DNA of 63,047 nt, filler included, from Asterionella formosa (taxonomy: Eukaryota): assembly GCA_002256025.1 (NCBI GenBank). It is 2 parts of 2 records of this genome, joined end to end, with 100 filler letters (N's around TTAATTAATTAA, not from the genome) between each part and the next. Parts side by side here need not be neighbours in the genome. Positions count along the whole stretch, not along the records: positions 31,591 to 63,047 come from NKIB01000664.1; 1 more part is not named here. One strand, given 5' to 3'. Position numbers and translations under genes: made by a program. Below the pieces are notes generated by a model. The model did not search any database. It worked only from the letters and a program-made list of their open reading frames with translations, and had not been told where the DNA came from. Shown in pieces: positions 49,297-61,518 of the stretch. Numbering within the stretch: position 1 is the first letter of the stretch; the number at the start of each line of letters is the position of its first letter.

Positions 49297-51768
49297 CTAC
49301 AACGGCTCCTTGTTCGCAATCCCCAACTGGTCCAACAAAAATGCAAAATCAAAGGAAAGTTCACGAAGATACTTGTAGCGGTCAGAAGCAGAGAAGTGGC
49401 CTGCCGCCATATCTAATTTGACGCATACTGGGCCAGATTCCTTGCCTTGAGAATGACGAAGTTCAGCGGCAAACTTTGCGGGCTCCCAGTACTGAACGCG
49501 CGGATCATGCAGACCCCCGGTCAACAAGCAGGATGGATACGTGGCATTTTCTTTCACATTGCTTGTTGGACTGTATTCCATCATATAATCAAAGAACTTT
49601 TCCTCGTTCGGGCAGCCCCATTCTCCCCACTGCAAAATAGGTGGAAAAGTCAACAAGTTAGCCAAGTTGCGATGATCAAAGATTATGTTAGCCTTGACGG
49701 ATCATTTTTGTCATACCTCAACGGCTGTCAAGGGAATCGTGGCATCGATCATGGTAGGAACAACATCAACAAAAGGTACGCCCATGACAGCCATGCGGAA
49801 AAGATGTGGAGCTTGGTTAATGGATGCACCGACCAACAAACCACCTGCAGACCGACCTTCGCACGATAACATGGATGGCTGGGTCAATTTCCTATCGTCG
49901 ATCAACCAATTAGCAACATCAATAAAATCATTGAAGGTGTTCTTCTTGCATAAAAACTTGGCTCCATTGGGCTCTTCGTACCATTGTCTACCCATTTCGC
50001 CTCCTCCTCTCACATGAGCAATAACATAGACCATCCCACGACGAAGCAAACAAAGACGAGTCACGCTGAAATCAGCTTCCATGCAAGCACCGTAGCTACC
50101 ATAGCCATATAGATGTGTATGTACTGGCGCGCCCGTATTCAAGTGCTCTTCCATCACATCTTTGCGATACACAAGGGAGACTGGTATGTCCACAGTTCCA
50201 TCACGAGATTTGACAGTGAGGCGGTCGCAGCCATATAAGGACTTGTCATATCCAGGAACATTCTTGGTTTTCAAAACTTTTCGTTCGCTTGGATTATTCA
50301 TCGAGATTTCAAGGCTGGATAATGGAGTTATCAACGAATCATATGAAAGAAGAATTTTGTCGGTTTCAAACTCATAATGTGTCGAAAGGCCCACGTCGTG
50401 AGCTTCTTCGTCAAAGAGCAAGAGCTCCATCCTTTGTAAGTCATTCGTTCCGTCAAACGACAAAATCCAAACTCGAGGAATGCCGCCTTCGCGACCGTCT
50501 GCAACAAGGTGATTTGCAAACGACGAGATGCCCTCGAGGGCTCGATCATAGCCTCCGTCAAAGATAGCTTCTCCGTTCACTAACACATCGGTCCACTCAC
50601 TGTCGCTATTTGGCTTTACAGGAGCAGTCATTAAGCGCATATTGGGGGTTCCACCCAAATTGGTTGTGATCCACCATTGGCCGTTGCGGTGGTCCACATC
50701 ATACAGGACCTTCTCCCGTCTCTTGGCAACACATTCCAGCTTTGCATTGTCTGTTTCAAGGTCCAAGTAATGCTGTTCCGTAGTTTCTTTGGACGAAGTT
50801 TCAACGAAAAAGTACTTTCCGTCCAATGACTTTGAAATTCCCATCCAATACAATTCGTCGTCTTCTTGGAACAACAGTTCATCATCTTGCTCGGATCCAA
50901 TCACACGCTTGTAGACCTGGTATGGCCTATGCGCGGCATCCATTTTGAGGTAGAATAACGTCGAATCATCCTTTCCCCATACGACGGAGCCATCAATCTC
51001 TAGAGTTTCGTCGTGATCTAACATTTCACCCGTGTCCACGTTTTTGACATAAAGTTTGCATGTTTCGCCCCCCGTAAAGTCAACCGAGTAGGCCACAAGC
51101 TGATGGGAAGGACTGGGTTTCATAGCTCCCACACTGCAATACTTTTGACCCTCAGCCAGTGCATTGACATCAAGCAGGACGATTTCGCCTGGTACAATGG
51201 GAGATTCGGCCGTGCCATCCCAGTCAACCGTTTCAGCAGTGGAAGTACGTGGCGCACGACAATAGACGGAGTACGATTTTCCCTCGAAGGTTCTCGAGTA
51301 ATATAGGTATTCCCCACGAGGGCGGGGCACCGTATAATCTGTTTCTTGGATACTAGTGAGCATTTCCTTGTAAAGGTTTTCACGGAGTCCTTCCAAATGT
51401 TTGGTGAGTGCTTCCGTGTACTTGTTTTCGGCCTTTAAGTGCTCCAGTACTTCCTCGTTTTCACGAGTTTCGTCACGTAGCCAGCCATAGGGATTGTGAA
51501 TCTTTCGGGGAGGGTCCAAGAGCTTCTCTAAGCTGGATTCAGCCTGTCTCGGCGTTTCGTCACTCTCTTGCAAGCTGATTCCAGCAAGGCAAAAGGACTC
51601 TTCGTCACGGCGAGCAATCGGAGGAGAGGTCATTGCTGTTATCGCAAATGAGCGACGGGCAGCGGATCTTCTAGAAAATGGAGCAAAGGCTCTAGAGGAC
51701 CCGAGAAGAAACGACGAGAGGATGGTTACGGTGAAAAACAGCAGAGATGCGCTGCTAAACTTCGACAT
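49297..51768 (-). CDS. ptrB: Oligopeptidase B (peptidase S9A), predicted plastid-targeted; intron 49630-49716
   Basis: Signal peptide plus SRAFAP. Motifs NPYGWLRD, YGYGSYG, HVRGGGEMGRQWY, GRSAGG (Ser), DPRVQYWEPAK (Asp) and AGHF (His). Confidence 0.93.
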
Positions 51769-53109
51769 GAGGGAAGCAAATAAGCAAGAAACAATCCAAG
51801 ATATTTCACATACAAGCCATCATGGGAACGTCGCCTACATCACCTTACGTATGATACCGGCATGTATCATGCTTGTCACGACATACCCTTCACATCATTT
51901 CCGGTACCAGGTACCTGGTACCTAGACCCTAGCTACGTATGTTTGTGTGCACTGGTAGACTACAGGTACCTGGTACCAGGTACCAGGTATGGTGCCGGTA
52001 TCAAGAGCTCGTTGTGGTTTATCAATGGTCTGGCCTTCATCCTAACTTCCAATTACGGCTGCACTCGTTTGTACAACACAAAACCCGAGAGGAATTCCTC
52101 GATCAGGAAGATAATCTGCACTTCTCAGAATCATGTTCTAGAAAGAGAGAAACTTGGTCTGTCCTAAACACTGCACCCAAAAACAGTGATTGTATAAATT
52201 AAATATACTAGAGGAGACCAACAAACCACCCCAAAGTCTGGGAATAAGTGTTCCTGCATATAGCTATTGTCTTCTCATCATCACACAAATTTAATTCACA
52301 GATGCTGCCAGTTTCAAAAGATTGCTATATATTCTTATTAATGTGTGAAGTGCCACTCCCAAGCCTAATGCCACGTGACATTGAGCTCAGTATGACTCAT
52401 CATTTACTCAATATGGCATCATGATGCATACTCTGGAATCAAGACCTTCGCCGGGGTAGCTAAGCAAGTGACAATAGCTACTCAAACATCATACACAATT
52501 GACCCCCTCCTATTGGACCCACTCACATCTGAGGCCTCTAAAATGATTTTGTTGTTCCACTTCTGAACTACCAGCCTACCAGCCTACCAGTACAACTTCC
52601 ATTTCATTGTTACTGTTCACAAAATTTCCTCTTGCACCCCAATTCTCGTCACTGCACCAGAGTTCTCCCATCGTTTTTTGGAAAAATTCATTGCAGTTAA
52701 AAATCATGGATCCAATTTTCTATCCCTGGTATGCCAAAGTGCACAAAGTTCAACTTCAAGCCTTCAACTTGAAACCTAAGCATGACAGTAAAGATTCTTG
52801 CTTTCATCTTTTTAGGACAATTTAACTAGTGGATGCTCATCCAGTTTTCTGATAGTTCTTATTTTCAAATGACCTTTCATTATTTAGAAATGATTTATTG
52901 AATGAAACTTCGATCATGAATAGCTGATGCATATGTGCATACAAGAGCTCAACTGATAGTTGCTGTCTCTGAGAAAGATTTCACAATACTGACAAATTTG
53001 ATAGTTTTGCTAATGGTGACAATGAGGATTCTCAAACTGATCAGTGCAGATAAACTGTGCAAACACCCAAAGGAATACTGATGAGACTGGTGGTATGAGG
53101 TCCATCATG

Positions 53110-53225
53110 GTGATTGGCATTTCACTATGTTAGGGGAAAATATAGCATGCAAAGATATCGAATTGGATTAGACTTTATGAATGTATCTTGCTTACATCAG
53201 ACTAGCCACATTTTCTGGAATTCTA
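53110..53225 (+). pseudogene. Possible copia RNase H remnant
   Basis: FHYVRG...I.LDF...QTSHIF is weakly similar to HFVRE...QLADIF. The surrounding sequence is degenerate. Confidence 0.25.
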
Positions 53226-54136
53226 TCCCAGGCAGCAGTCATAACTCCAATGGACCTAGGAAGCAATGCCTTGTATACAATTTCATGCTAACATTAGACT
53301 GCATTTACTGGGATGTATGGACACTTTCTGATCTCAATCCTACCACAAAAGAAATTTGGCTTATGATGAAGCAGAGAAGTGAGAAGCACAAGATATGTAT
53401 AGACTAGTCGACCGATTGGAACGAAATGTAGGAATCAGTTGTGGGTGAACACATTTTCTGCACACTGGATAGCTAAGGTGTAGTAGAAGATACTCCGAGT
53501 CACACTGGCTTATGTACCTGGTACTCTGTACCTGTTACTGGTACAGGCAGCTGAGGATACTCCATCACCACTTGAAGTCGTGGGTGGGTATGCATCTTTG
53601 AAATGTGCGCGCACCTGAAGGAACAACTCAGCCATATAAACATGATATGTAGACTAACAGGTGCGTGCTGTATAAGTCTCAGCAGTGACCGGTACAAGGG
53701 TACCTACCAGGGCACCTAGTAGCAGGTACCATGTACCGTACCAGTAGTATTGAGAATGAATTATGCACATGACGAAATCTTTCATACAGCGGGTGGATAA
53801 AATAAAAGTACATACCGGTACTGGTATATTCTTATTGTCATACATAGCATACCTGTATCTACCACGGCTGATCTATTCTGTGTACCTGGTACCAGGTACG
53901 GGTATTTAGAAAAACAAAAGGACAATGGAATGATATTTTCATTAAGTATTGCCCGTACGGAATATAATCCGTTAGGGCGACACTCCAACGCTGAAGAAGG
54001 TGCACCTCTGAAGAACGACAAACCCCATTTATCACCTCCACTCACAAGTTGACATCTGAACGCCAAAATACCAAGAATCGTTGCCCAGAAAAACACTGAT
54101 CGAATAGGGTCTTTCCATTTAGAAGGAGAAGAAGCA

Positions 54137-55651
54137 ATGAGGAAAATGGTTGCGAAAATATTTAAGATATTTACCGTCCTCGTAGTAATCGGCTATGCCG
54201 ATTCTGCGTTGACGACAACTGACGAAATGGTGGGTGAATACTGTGCAAAGTACAGCGGTGGCGATAGCGCGTTATAGCTAACATTCATTTCCATTTTCTA
54301 GACATTCCATGACAGGAGATTGCAAGCAGGGCCTTCAGTTGCCCCAGTTGCTCCGATTGTTGTCGCTCTTTCACCAGCTTCTCCAGCGGACATGAGTGCT
54401 CCAGTCGGGTCACCTGTTGATACCATGCCTCCTCTTGCTGTCCCGACTGCCCCTGTCGCAACGGTCACAAATACTGGCGCTCCCGTCAGTTCACCTGTTG
54501 ATACATTTGCACCCGTGGTCACTACCACTGTCACACCTGCTCCAGTGGTGGTTGGTACACCACCTCCCTCATCTCCTCCTGTAGCTCCAGTAGCATCGAT
54601 GGCTCCAGTTGTCCAAAACGTTTTCACGCCTTCGTACTATCCTAGCGACGGTCCGAGTCCGTCCCCTCTTGTGAATTCCCCTTTTTTCATCTCTAATGAT
54701 GTTCCGAGCCGGTCCCCAGTTAGGAATTCTCCTGCTTTCAATTCTGAGGATCGCCCGTCAACAGCTCCAGTTGGACCGTCAAGAGCTCCTGTCGCATTGT
54801 CATTGGCTCCATTGGCTGGCACATCTCCGGCCCCCACTGTTCCAAGTTCTGGAGATCAAACAAGTTCTACCCCTAGCGATGTGAGTATTCCTGATGCACC
54901 AGCCGGGGTCCCATCGTCAGAACAAAGTGAGGTCCCCTCGTCAGTCATCTTTGAAGGACCGGTCTTTTTCCTTCCCTCTGCGGCACCCACGGTTCTAGAA
55001 ATGCTGTCCGGACGAGCTGCACCCATTGGAAAACCAGCAAAGAAGAAACTGGATAAAGTCTCGATTTCAAAAACCCTTCAAAAGATGCTCCCGACGTTGC
55101 AGCATGGAGCCGTGATCGTCGCCGGCGAAACCGCGAAAGTCGAAAAACGCAAAACTGATACTCCAACTGTAGCACCATTTAAGGGAACCGATAAAGGAAA
55201 GAAGGAGACCAAGTCAAAAAAGAAAGGCAAATCGAAGAAGGGCAAATCGAAGAAAGGAAAGTCGAAAAAAGGAAAGCCCAACAGAAACCCTAAGGGATAT
55301 TCACCAGTTACCTCTCCAACAGCAGCTTCACCAGTTGCCTCTCCAACAGTAGCTTCACCAGTTCCCTCTCCAACAGCAGCTTCACCAGCTGCGTCTCCAT
55401 CATCTGGGACGGGGACTTCTATACCCGTGAAAAAATTCACACCTGCTGCGGCAGATATCCCTGTGTCATTTGCATCCGTGAAAAAGTTCCCAGTCTTCAA
55501 GCCAACATTGCCTCCAATAATGATTAATATCTCACAGGCTTTCGCCACCAAGGGCAGAAGCAATGCATCACCTGTGATTTCGCCCGCCTCGTCGCCAGCG
55601 GCATCACCAGTATCATCGCCAACCAGAAGGCCAGTCCATGTACCACTATAA
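54137..55651 (+). CDS. Secreted Pro/Ser/Thr-rich protein with RRL motif and KxxK cluster (silaffin/cell-wall-like); intron 54230-54301
   Basis: The signal peptide MRKMVAKIFKIFTVLVVIGYADS splices in frame to TFHDRRLQ. Contains PS..PS and AP repeats, (KKGKS)n and (SPxxSPTxA)n. Confidence 0.75.
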
Positions 55652-55956
55652 TAGTGACGATCGCCTAAATTAGGGCATTCACCCCCCACAGGTGCAAACG
55701 CGTTCCGCCGTGAGAAATTGGACGTAACAAATTAGCTAACAGCACCAGTATATGCAATCATGGGTAGGGAAGGAAAGGGAAAAACGAGAAAAGACGATAG
55801 TGCCACAACTGGAAAGGCACCGAAACGCAAACGTGGAAAGGGGAATATCAGAATAAACAACGAGAATAAAAGGCTCAGAGAGTTAGTGAATCGAACTCGT
55901 ATGAGAGATCAGATAAATAGATACTAAATCTGATCAAAACATACCTGTGCCGCGCG

Positions 55957-57765
55957 CTATGTCAAACCTGAGATTTCTTCCATGAACTTATCGTAGTCAT
56001 TTGCCACTGATTTCGACGCCTCTTTGACAGTTCCTGGTGGCGGTTTCCTCTTTGGCACTACCTTCGTCCGAGACTTTCGACGCTGCAAATGGGAAGGTAT
56101 CAGACCAGGAACTACAAGCTGCTTGAGCGGCGCCGATGATCCAACATCATCAGCGTCATCTGAATCGCCATAAACTCCCGTAACAGGATAATCCCCATCG
56201 GGTGGATACGTCATATCCGCAGGATACGCGCCCATTGGGTAGGACGGGACTCCATGCACATCTATCATGAGCGCATCATCGATGGGATAAACCATATCGT
56301 CAATAGTAAAGAGAGCTGGTTCTTCGATTGGATATACCGGAAGCTCGACTATGGAGTTGGTACCAGCCTTTTCATATAAATGTCGTAAGTTCACAGTGTG
56401 TGGTGTTTCAATAGAGTCATCCGTGGCATGCTCAAGAGGATCAGGTGAAAGCGATGAATCTAGTCCTCCAGTCCCATCCAAGTCATCCAATCGATGATCT
56501 GAAGCCTTTCGCAGGGCGTCTATTCGATCTGCAACTCCAGAGTCATCGTCCTGTTCGGCGAGGGACTTTCGCTCCTGACAAGAAACTTCTATGCGACCTG
56601 CAAGCCCGGCGTCGCACTCATCGTTCTGTGTTTTCAAAAGTTGTTTGAGTGCTTCAATGCGAGCATTAATTTCATCGCCCTCCCCCTTATCGGATCTTTT
56701 TCTGTTATCTTCAACAAAATTTACGCCATTTTTTCCATTTCCATTCTTTCGTAGCGATGAGATACGTTCGTCTACGCCATCAGTAATGGATTTCACCCCC
56801 TTTCTCTCCCCCGTCGTCCAATCCACATCTCCCATGATCCACCACTTTCCCTTTTCGCCTTGTTTCACTGGGGTATCTGGAGGAAAGAAACCTCCTCGGC
56901 TCCAATCTAGAATCTGCTCCCTCGTAAAGGGCCCCTGCACCTGACGAACACTATCTCGATACCACCATCCACCAGTGTTGAAGCTATCTTCTAGATCATT
57001 GCATTTCACATTCCGTTCATAAGATACTTCTTCAGTAGATGCCCAAATATCGGCAGCGATGGTACGTTTGGTCCGAAGAACAGCGGCGGACGGTGCTGGG
57101 AGCGGCGGGGGTATAGACGGTTTATGTTCTAGTGGAAGTGGCGGAGGTGGAAGCGGAGGGCGATACTGCTCCTGTGGTTGTCTTGGGTTAGAGGAGAGCA
57201 GCTGTATACCGGCAGACGTATTGGAACGTTGATCCTGATATGGCGGACGACGGAATTGGAGTATTGGCAGCTCGCGCGCTTTCGGTGGCGGAGGTTTCAG
57301 TACCGCTATCGTCGGTGAATCTTGTTCGCTCGGAACAGCTGCCTCACGAGCATCAATGGTCTCGCCTCCACCTCGTCTATGATACAATCTTGGCTTCCCA
57401 GGTGGTGGTGCTCCGTATGGATTGAGCATTTCGTCGTAGTACACGGACTTGCGCGGGTCATCGAGTTCCGTCAATTGAACCGGATGTGGCGGAAGGTGAA
57501 CCTTGCTGTTGTCCGCCTTCGCTGCCTTTTCTGCCAGGACTAGTTTCAGTTCCTTTTGCAGTCGTTGGAGCTTTTGTTGCTCCGCTGGTGTTTTCACGCC
57601 CCTGGCTTCCAATCCCCGAATGGCCTCTTCGACCTCTCGGACCGTTTTGGTTTCCTTGACTCGTTCGTCTCGGGCGCTAATGCGGGCGGTTTTGTTTTTG
57701 GCAACTTCTTTCTTCCGTTTCTGACGACGAAAGTCATCCATTGGATGAAGCGTTCGTTTTCCCAT
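55957..57765 (-). CDS. WBP11: WBP11-like N-terminal domain plus proline-rich region plus GYF domain (probable splicing factor)
   Basis: MGKRTLHPMDDFRRQKRKKEVAKNKTAR, PRKSVYYDEMLNPYGAPPPGKP, GYF WWYRD..QVQGPF..QILDW..GGFF, C-terminal DYDKFMEEI. Confidence 0.8.
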   Translation of the reverse strand: MGKRTLHPMDDFRRQKRKKEVAKNKTARISARDERVKETKTVREVEEAIRGLEARGVKTPAEQQKLQRLQKELKLVLAEKAAKADNSKVHLPPHPVQLTELDDPRKSVYYDEMLNPYGAPPPGKPRLYHRRGGGETIDAREAAVPSEQDSPTIAVLKPPPPKARELPILQFRRPPYQDQRSNTSAGIQLLSSNPRQPQEQYRPPLPPPPLPLEHKPSIPPPLPAPSAAVLRTKRTIAADIWASTEEVSYERNVKCNDLEDSFNTGGWWYRDSVRQVQGPFTREQILDWSRGGFFPPDTPVKQGEKGKWWIMGDVDWTTGERKGVKSITDGVDERISSLRKNGNGKNGVNFVEDNRKRSDKGEGDEINARIEALKQLLKTQNDECDAGLAGRIEVSCQERKSLAEQDDDSGVADRIDALRKASDHRLDDLDGTGGLDSSLSPDPLEHATDDSIETPHTVNLRHLYEKAGTNSIVELPVYPIEEPALFTIDDMVYPIDDALMIDVHGVPSYPMGAYPADMTYPPDGDYPVTGVYGDSDDADDVGSSAPLKQLVVPGLIPSHLQRRKSRTKVVPKRKPPPGTVKEASKSVANDYDKFMEEISGLT

Positions 57766-58118
57766 GATGATGCGGTGGTCTTTGTGAGTGTTTTTGAGCT
57801 TTCGTTGGGTGCATTTATGGAGTAGACAACCAGTGGTCGAGAACAAGAACAATCTACTGTACCGGTAGACTGTGTTTCTGTATGATGGAATTTGTTGAAG
57901 GATGGTAGTAACAGTACAGGTGGTGTGGTGGACTTGAAATTGAGTTGACAATATATTATTTAGTATGCCATGCATGACGGTACCAGTGTACCTGGTACCA
58001 GGTACCCTGGTAGTTGTACCTGGACCTGGTAACTGGTACACCACGTATTGTTTCTGTCACAGTACCAGCAAGTTACGGTCAGTTTACTTAAATAAACAAT
58101 TTAATACGGGAAAAATAA

Positions 58119-58856
58119 TCTCGGTTCATGACGATGGAAGACAGGATGAAACTAGTACCGGTGTAACGGTACATACTGATTTTGCCTGCTGGTAGGGCAC
58201 GTCTAATACGTGTGGTTCACGTGTGGCTGGGATGATTTTACAAGACTGGAGTACTTCAGCCAATCTGGAGCACGTGAATAAATTCAATTCAACCAATCAG
58301 AATATGTGTAGCAACATGGCAACGCACCCTGGAGTCTTGTCGGACTGAGAATTATTCAGCGAAACATACCTATGCAAGACTCCAAGTATACGAGAACATT
58401 ATTGCACATACAAATTCTGATTCCAATATTTTGGCAACTGTTGAAAAAGCCAATTGGGTCAACTACAAGGTTTCATGAAGAATGAAATAGTAGATAACCA
58501 TGTACCCTATAATGTCAGGAGTTAACTTCTGCAGAGAAGTGGCAGTTATCCCTCATAGATTTTTTTAAAAGCTTGATGGCCCCCTTTTTTGACTATTTTT
58601 TGGATAGTTACAATTCCAAGAGGGAAAACTGCTACTTCTCTTCAGAAATGAGGTCCTTACCATATCTGTATATAGATCATACCCCTAAGTTGACCCATGA
58701 CTGTATCTAAGCATATGCAAAGTGGTCATATTGGTGAAAGCTAATTTACCTTTAACTATTTTATTTCGTTGCTCGTACTGTGTGGATTGAAGTACATAAT
58801 AAAATTATTTTGGAAAAAAAACAGACCTCGTGATGTGTAACTGCGGGGCTGCAACC
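58119..58856. mobile_element. Truncated inverted copy of family B element
   Basis: Reverse complement of ~44530-45270; ends GGGGCTGCAACC|TTAA. Confidence 0.85.
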
Positions 58857-59125
58857 TTAAGAGGAATAGTGTATGATTTTATGCAGTTACAATGTCCAAA
58901 TGAATTGTTGCTGTTCCATTTTTAATCCAAACAGAGTACCGGTACATTACCTTATACTCCCTCACAAAATATAACTACAACATACCATATGTGCACTTGT
59001 GAGACACGCATCATCATGGTACCAGCTGCTATACCAGTACATCTCTCCCGGTGTGAGTGATATGCTGATGATGTGATGCTCGATTTCGACATCAAGCATT
59101 ACATCCAAGCTGATTCTGGATTCCG

Positions 59126-59865
59126 ATTCCATTTGAAATATTTAAATCAGTGGAATTTTGCGAATATGTACATAGATTCCTTGTCGAAATCGCTAAATAT
59201 ATATATAGACACTCTTAGTCGCTGTATGTATATATATGCTAAAAATACAATCAACATGTATGCATGGACACTCTATACTCCGATTAACGATTTTATATGC
59301 TATGCATTGAATCCATTCGACATATTCAAATTGTTAAATATATATATATATATATACATAAATATTTAGATTCTACATCGCTTCATGTGCATACACCAGT
59401 ACTACGTGTCATGTATACGACCCGGCGGCTTGGCAAATATTTGAAAGTGCACTTAAGGAGCGGTACACGTATGACCACTCATGATCATCAACTGGTACCC
59501 ATCGTGAATATAGAACCGGACTGTCAGCACACCCAAGAAAATGTTACATGTTTATCCAATGTGGCTGGCATGGGTTTGCAAGACCTCGCAAACCAGGCCA
59601 ATCAAACAGAGGAATGTAATTCATGTCCACCAATCATATTATATATGTGGAAGCGGGCACTTACAATGGAAATTTTTGGACAGGAGATTTTAGGATATAA
59701 ATTCCGGCACACGACTACTACCATTCCGATGATGACGTTTCGGCACATAATAATTCTGATTCCGATATTTTGGCGACCGTAGAAAAGGCCGATTTTGTCA
59801 AGTTTTTGGACGATGATCATAGCTAAACGTTGGCTGGGTCTGACGGCGATTTAGATACATAGGTA
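59126..59865. mobile_element. Inverted internal fragment of family A element (no TIRs)
   Basis: Reverse complement of ~23309-24096. Confidence 0.85.
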
Positions 59866-59867
59866 AG

Positions 59868-60295
59868 GTTAAAAGTAAGATCAAGCAAACGAGCTAAAAG
59901 TTGTTATCTGTGATCTTATTTAATGGCAAACATATCTAACCAGAAAGTATGATCTGTAATTTTTTAGTAGTAAGATATAATCATGTTAAAAGTAAGATCA
60001 AAACAGCTAAAAATTGTTATCTGTGATCTTATTTATTGGCAATCGTATCTAACCAAAATATGATCTGTAATTTTTTAGTAGTAAGATATATTCATGTTAA
60101 AAGTAAGATCAAAAAAGCTAAAAATTGTTATCTGTGATCTTATTTATTGGCAATCATTTCTAACCAAAATATGATCTGTAATTTTTTAGTAGTAAGATAT
60201 ATTCATGTTAAAAGTAAGATCAAAAAATCTAAAAATTGTTATCTGTGATCTTATTTATTGGCAATCATTTCTAACCAGGAGGTATGATCTGTAAA
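59868..60295. repeat. Tandem repeat, ~111-bp unit x4
   Basis: Units begin gttaaaagtaagatcaa at ~59868, 59985, 60096 and 60207. Confidence 0.9.
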
Positions 60296-61304
60296 TCATA
60301 AAGATTGATTCAAGCGATTCATCTACTGGTAAATATTCTATGATTTGTACCACCATATGAAAAATTTCGTATGACTTCCGCTTATTGAGGGGCTTAATTA
60401 AATTAAATTACTTGCTTGTAGGTACAAGAGTTGATGCGGAAAAATTCAAAAACAGTACATCAGGTTGTGGAAAACAATGATATCCTCATGCATTGTTGTA
60501 TATATTTGAATTATGAATAACCTTAATTGACGATAGTATTAACATTATTTGTATGTATTTATACGTTTTCAAAATTTTATAAATATATACATAGCCTATA
60601 TATACATTTGAAATCATGTTGAGAGGTTCCTTGTTATGCATACCGGTAACACATGATCCTGAAATGAAAGATCATCTCTGCACTGTGACAAGGAAAACTG
60701 AAAGAACGACGCTTCAACGCCCACAATGATGATAAACCTTGCGGCTGAGAAGGATTGAAAATGGAAAAGTGAACTGAATCTAGCTATGGTATGTCAAGAG
60801 TACATGCCAAGGTTATCAATTTTTGGGTTCACAAAGACTAAATGATTGCCTCCTTCCCTATCAATTCAAAAGCACATTTCGCATTCAGCAGGATACCACC
60901 AATGTCGACCAAAAACTTGTAAATGCTCTTGTTGGATCAATGAGCCACTGTTAGAAAATCATTGGCACATGTTTGTTTTTCAATCTTTCAGGATAATTTT
61001 AATCAAAGAGTTTTGTTGTAAGTTATAAATGATATTGGTGGAACGGTTTATTGATTTGTACTTATGTGATCATTGACTGACACATTATTTTACTGAATTA
61101 TGCGAAAAGTTCATCGATTTCTGGTAAGTGGAGCATGCTACGAAAATGGGACTGCAGTGTTGAGACATAAACAAAACATGGCTAACGAGCAAGTAATTCC
61201 TTCTCATTGTTATTATAATTAGGAAATCAAAATGGATAAAACAGAATCGGATCAAAAGGAAATGGGATGTGCAGCAAGTAGTCAGATGAGTTTCAGAATC
61301 AGAG

Positions 61305-61518
61305 TGGAAGGGAGGCGGGAGGTATGCATCAAGAGATTTGAAGGCAGGATGCGATGCATTCTCAAGAGCATTGAAGGGAAGCGGGGGAGAGGCAGGCATC
61401 CTCAAGAGCATTGAAGGGAAGCGGGAGGCATGTATCAAGAGCATTTAAGGGAGGCGGGGGAGGCATGCATCCTCACGAGCATTTAAGGGAGGCGGGAGGC
61501 ATGCATCAAGAGCATTGA
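61305..61518. repeat. Minisatellite, ~32-38-bp unit x6
   Basis: Repeated aagggaggcggg(gg)aggcatgcat(cct)caagagcatt. Confidence 0.85.

Noticed and set aside
55078..55689. 203-aa minus-strand ORF
   Set aside because: Antisense shadow of the low-complexity Pro/Ser/Lys gene.
55652..55930. Extra Lys/Arg-rich 3' exon for the silaffin-like gene
   Set aside because: The sequence looks coding, but no convincing splice donor could be fixed without transcript data.
57766..58044. N-terminal extension of the 695-aa ORF
   Set aside because: It runs through the GTAC-repeat promoter zone. The WBP11-like sequence begins at ATG 57765.
59868..60295. CRISPR-like regular repeats
   Set aside because: Units repeat along their whole length with no unique spacers, the context is eukaryotic and there are no cas genes.
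61305..61518. ~35-bp repeats as a CRISPR array or ORF 61085-61444
   Set aside because: Head-to-tail minisatellite without spacers. The ORFs are by-products of the repeat.
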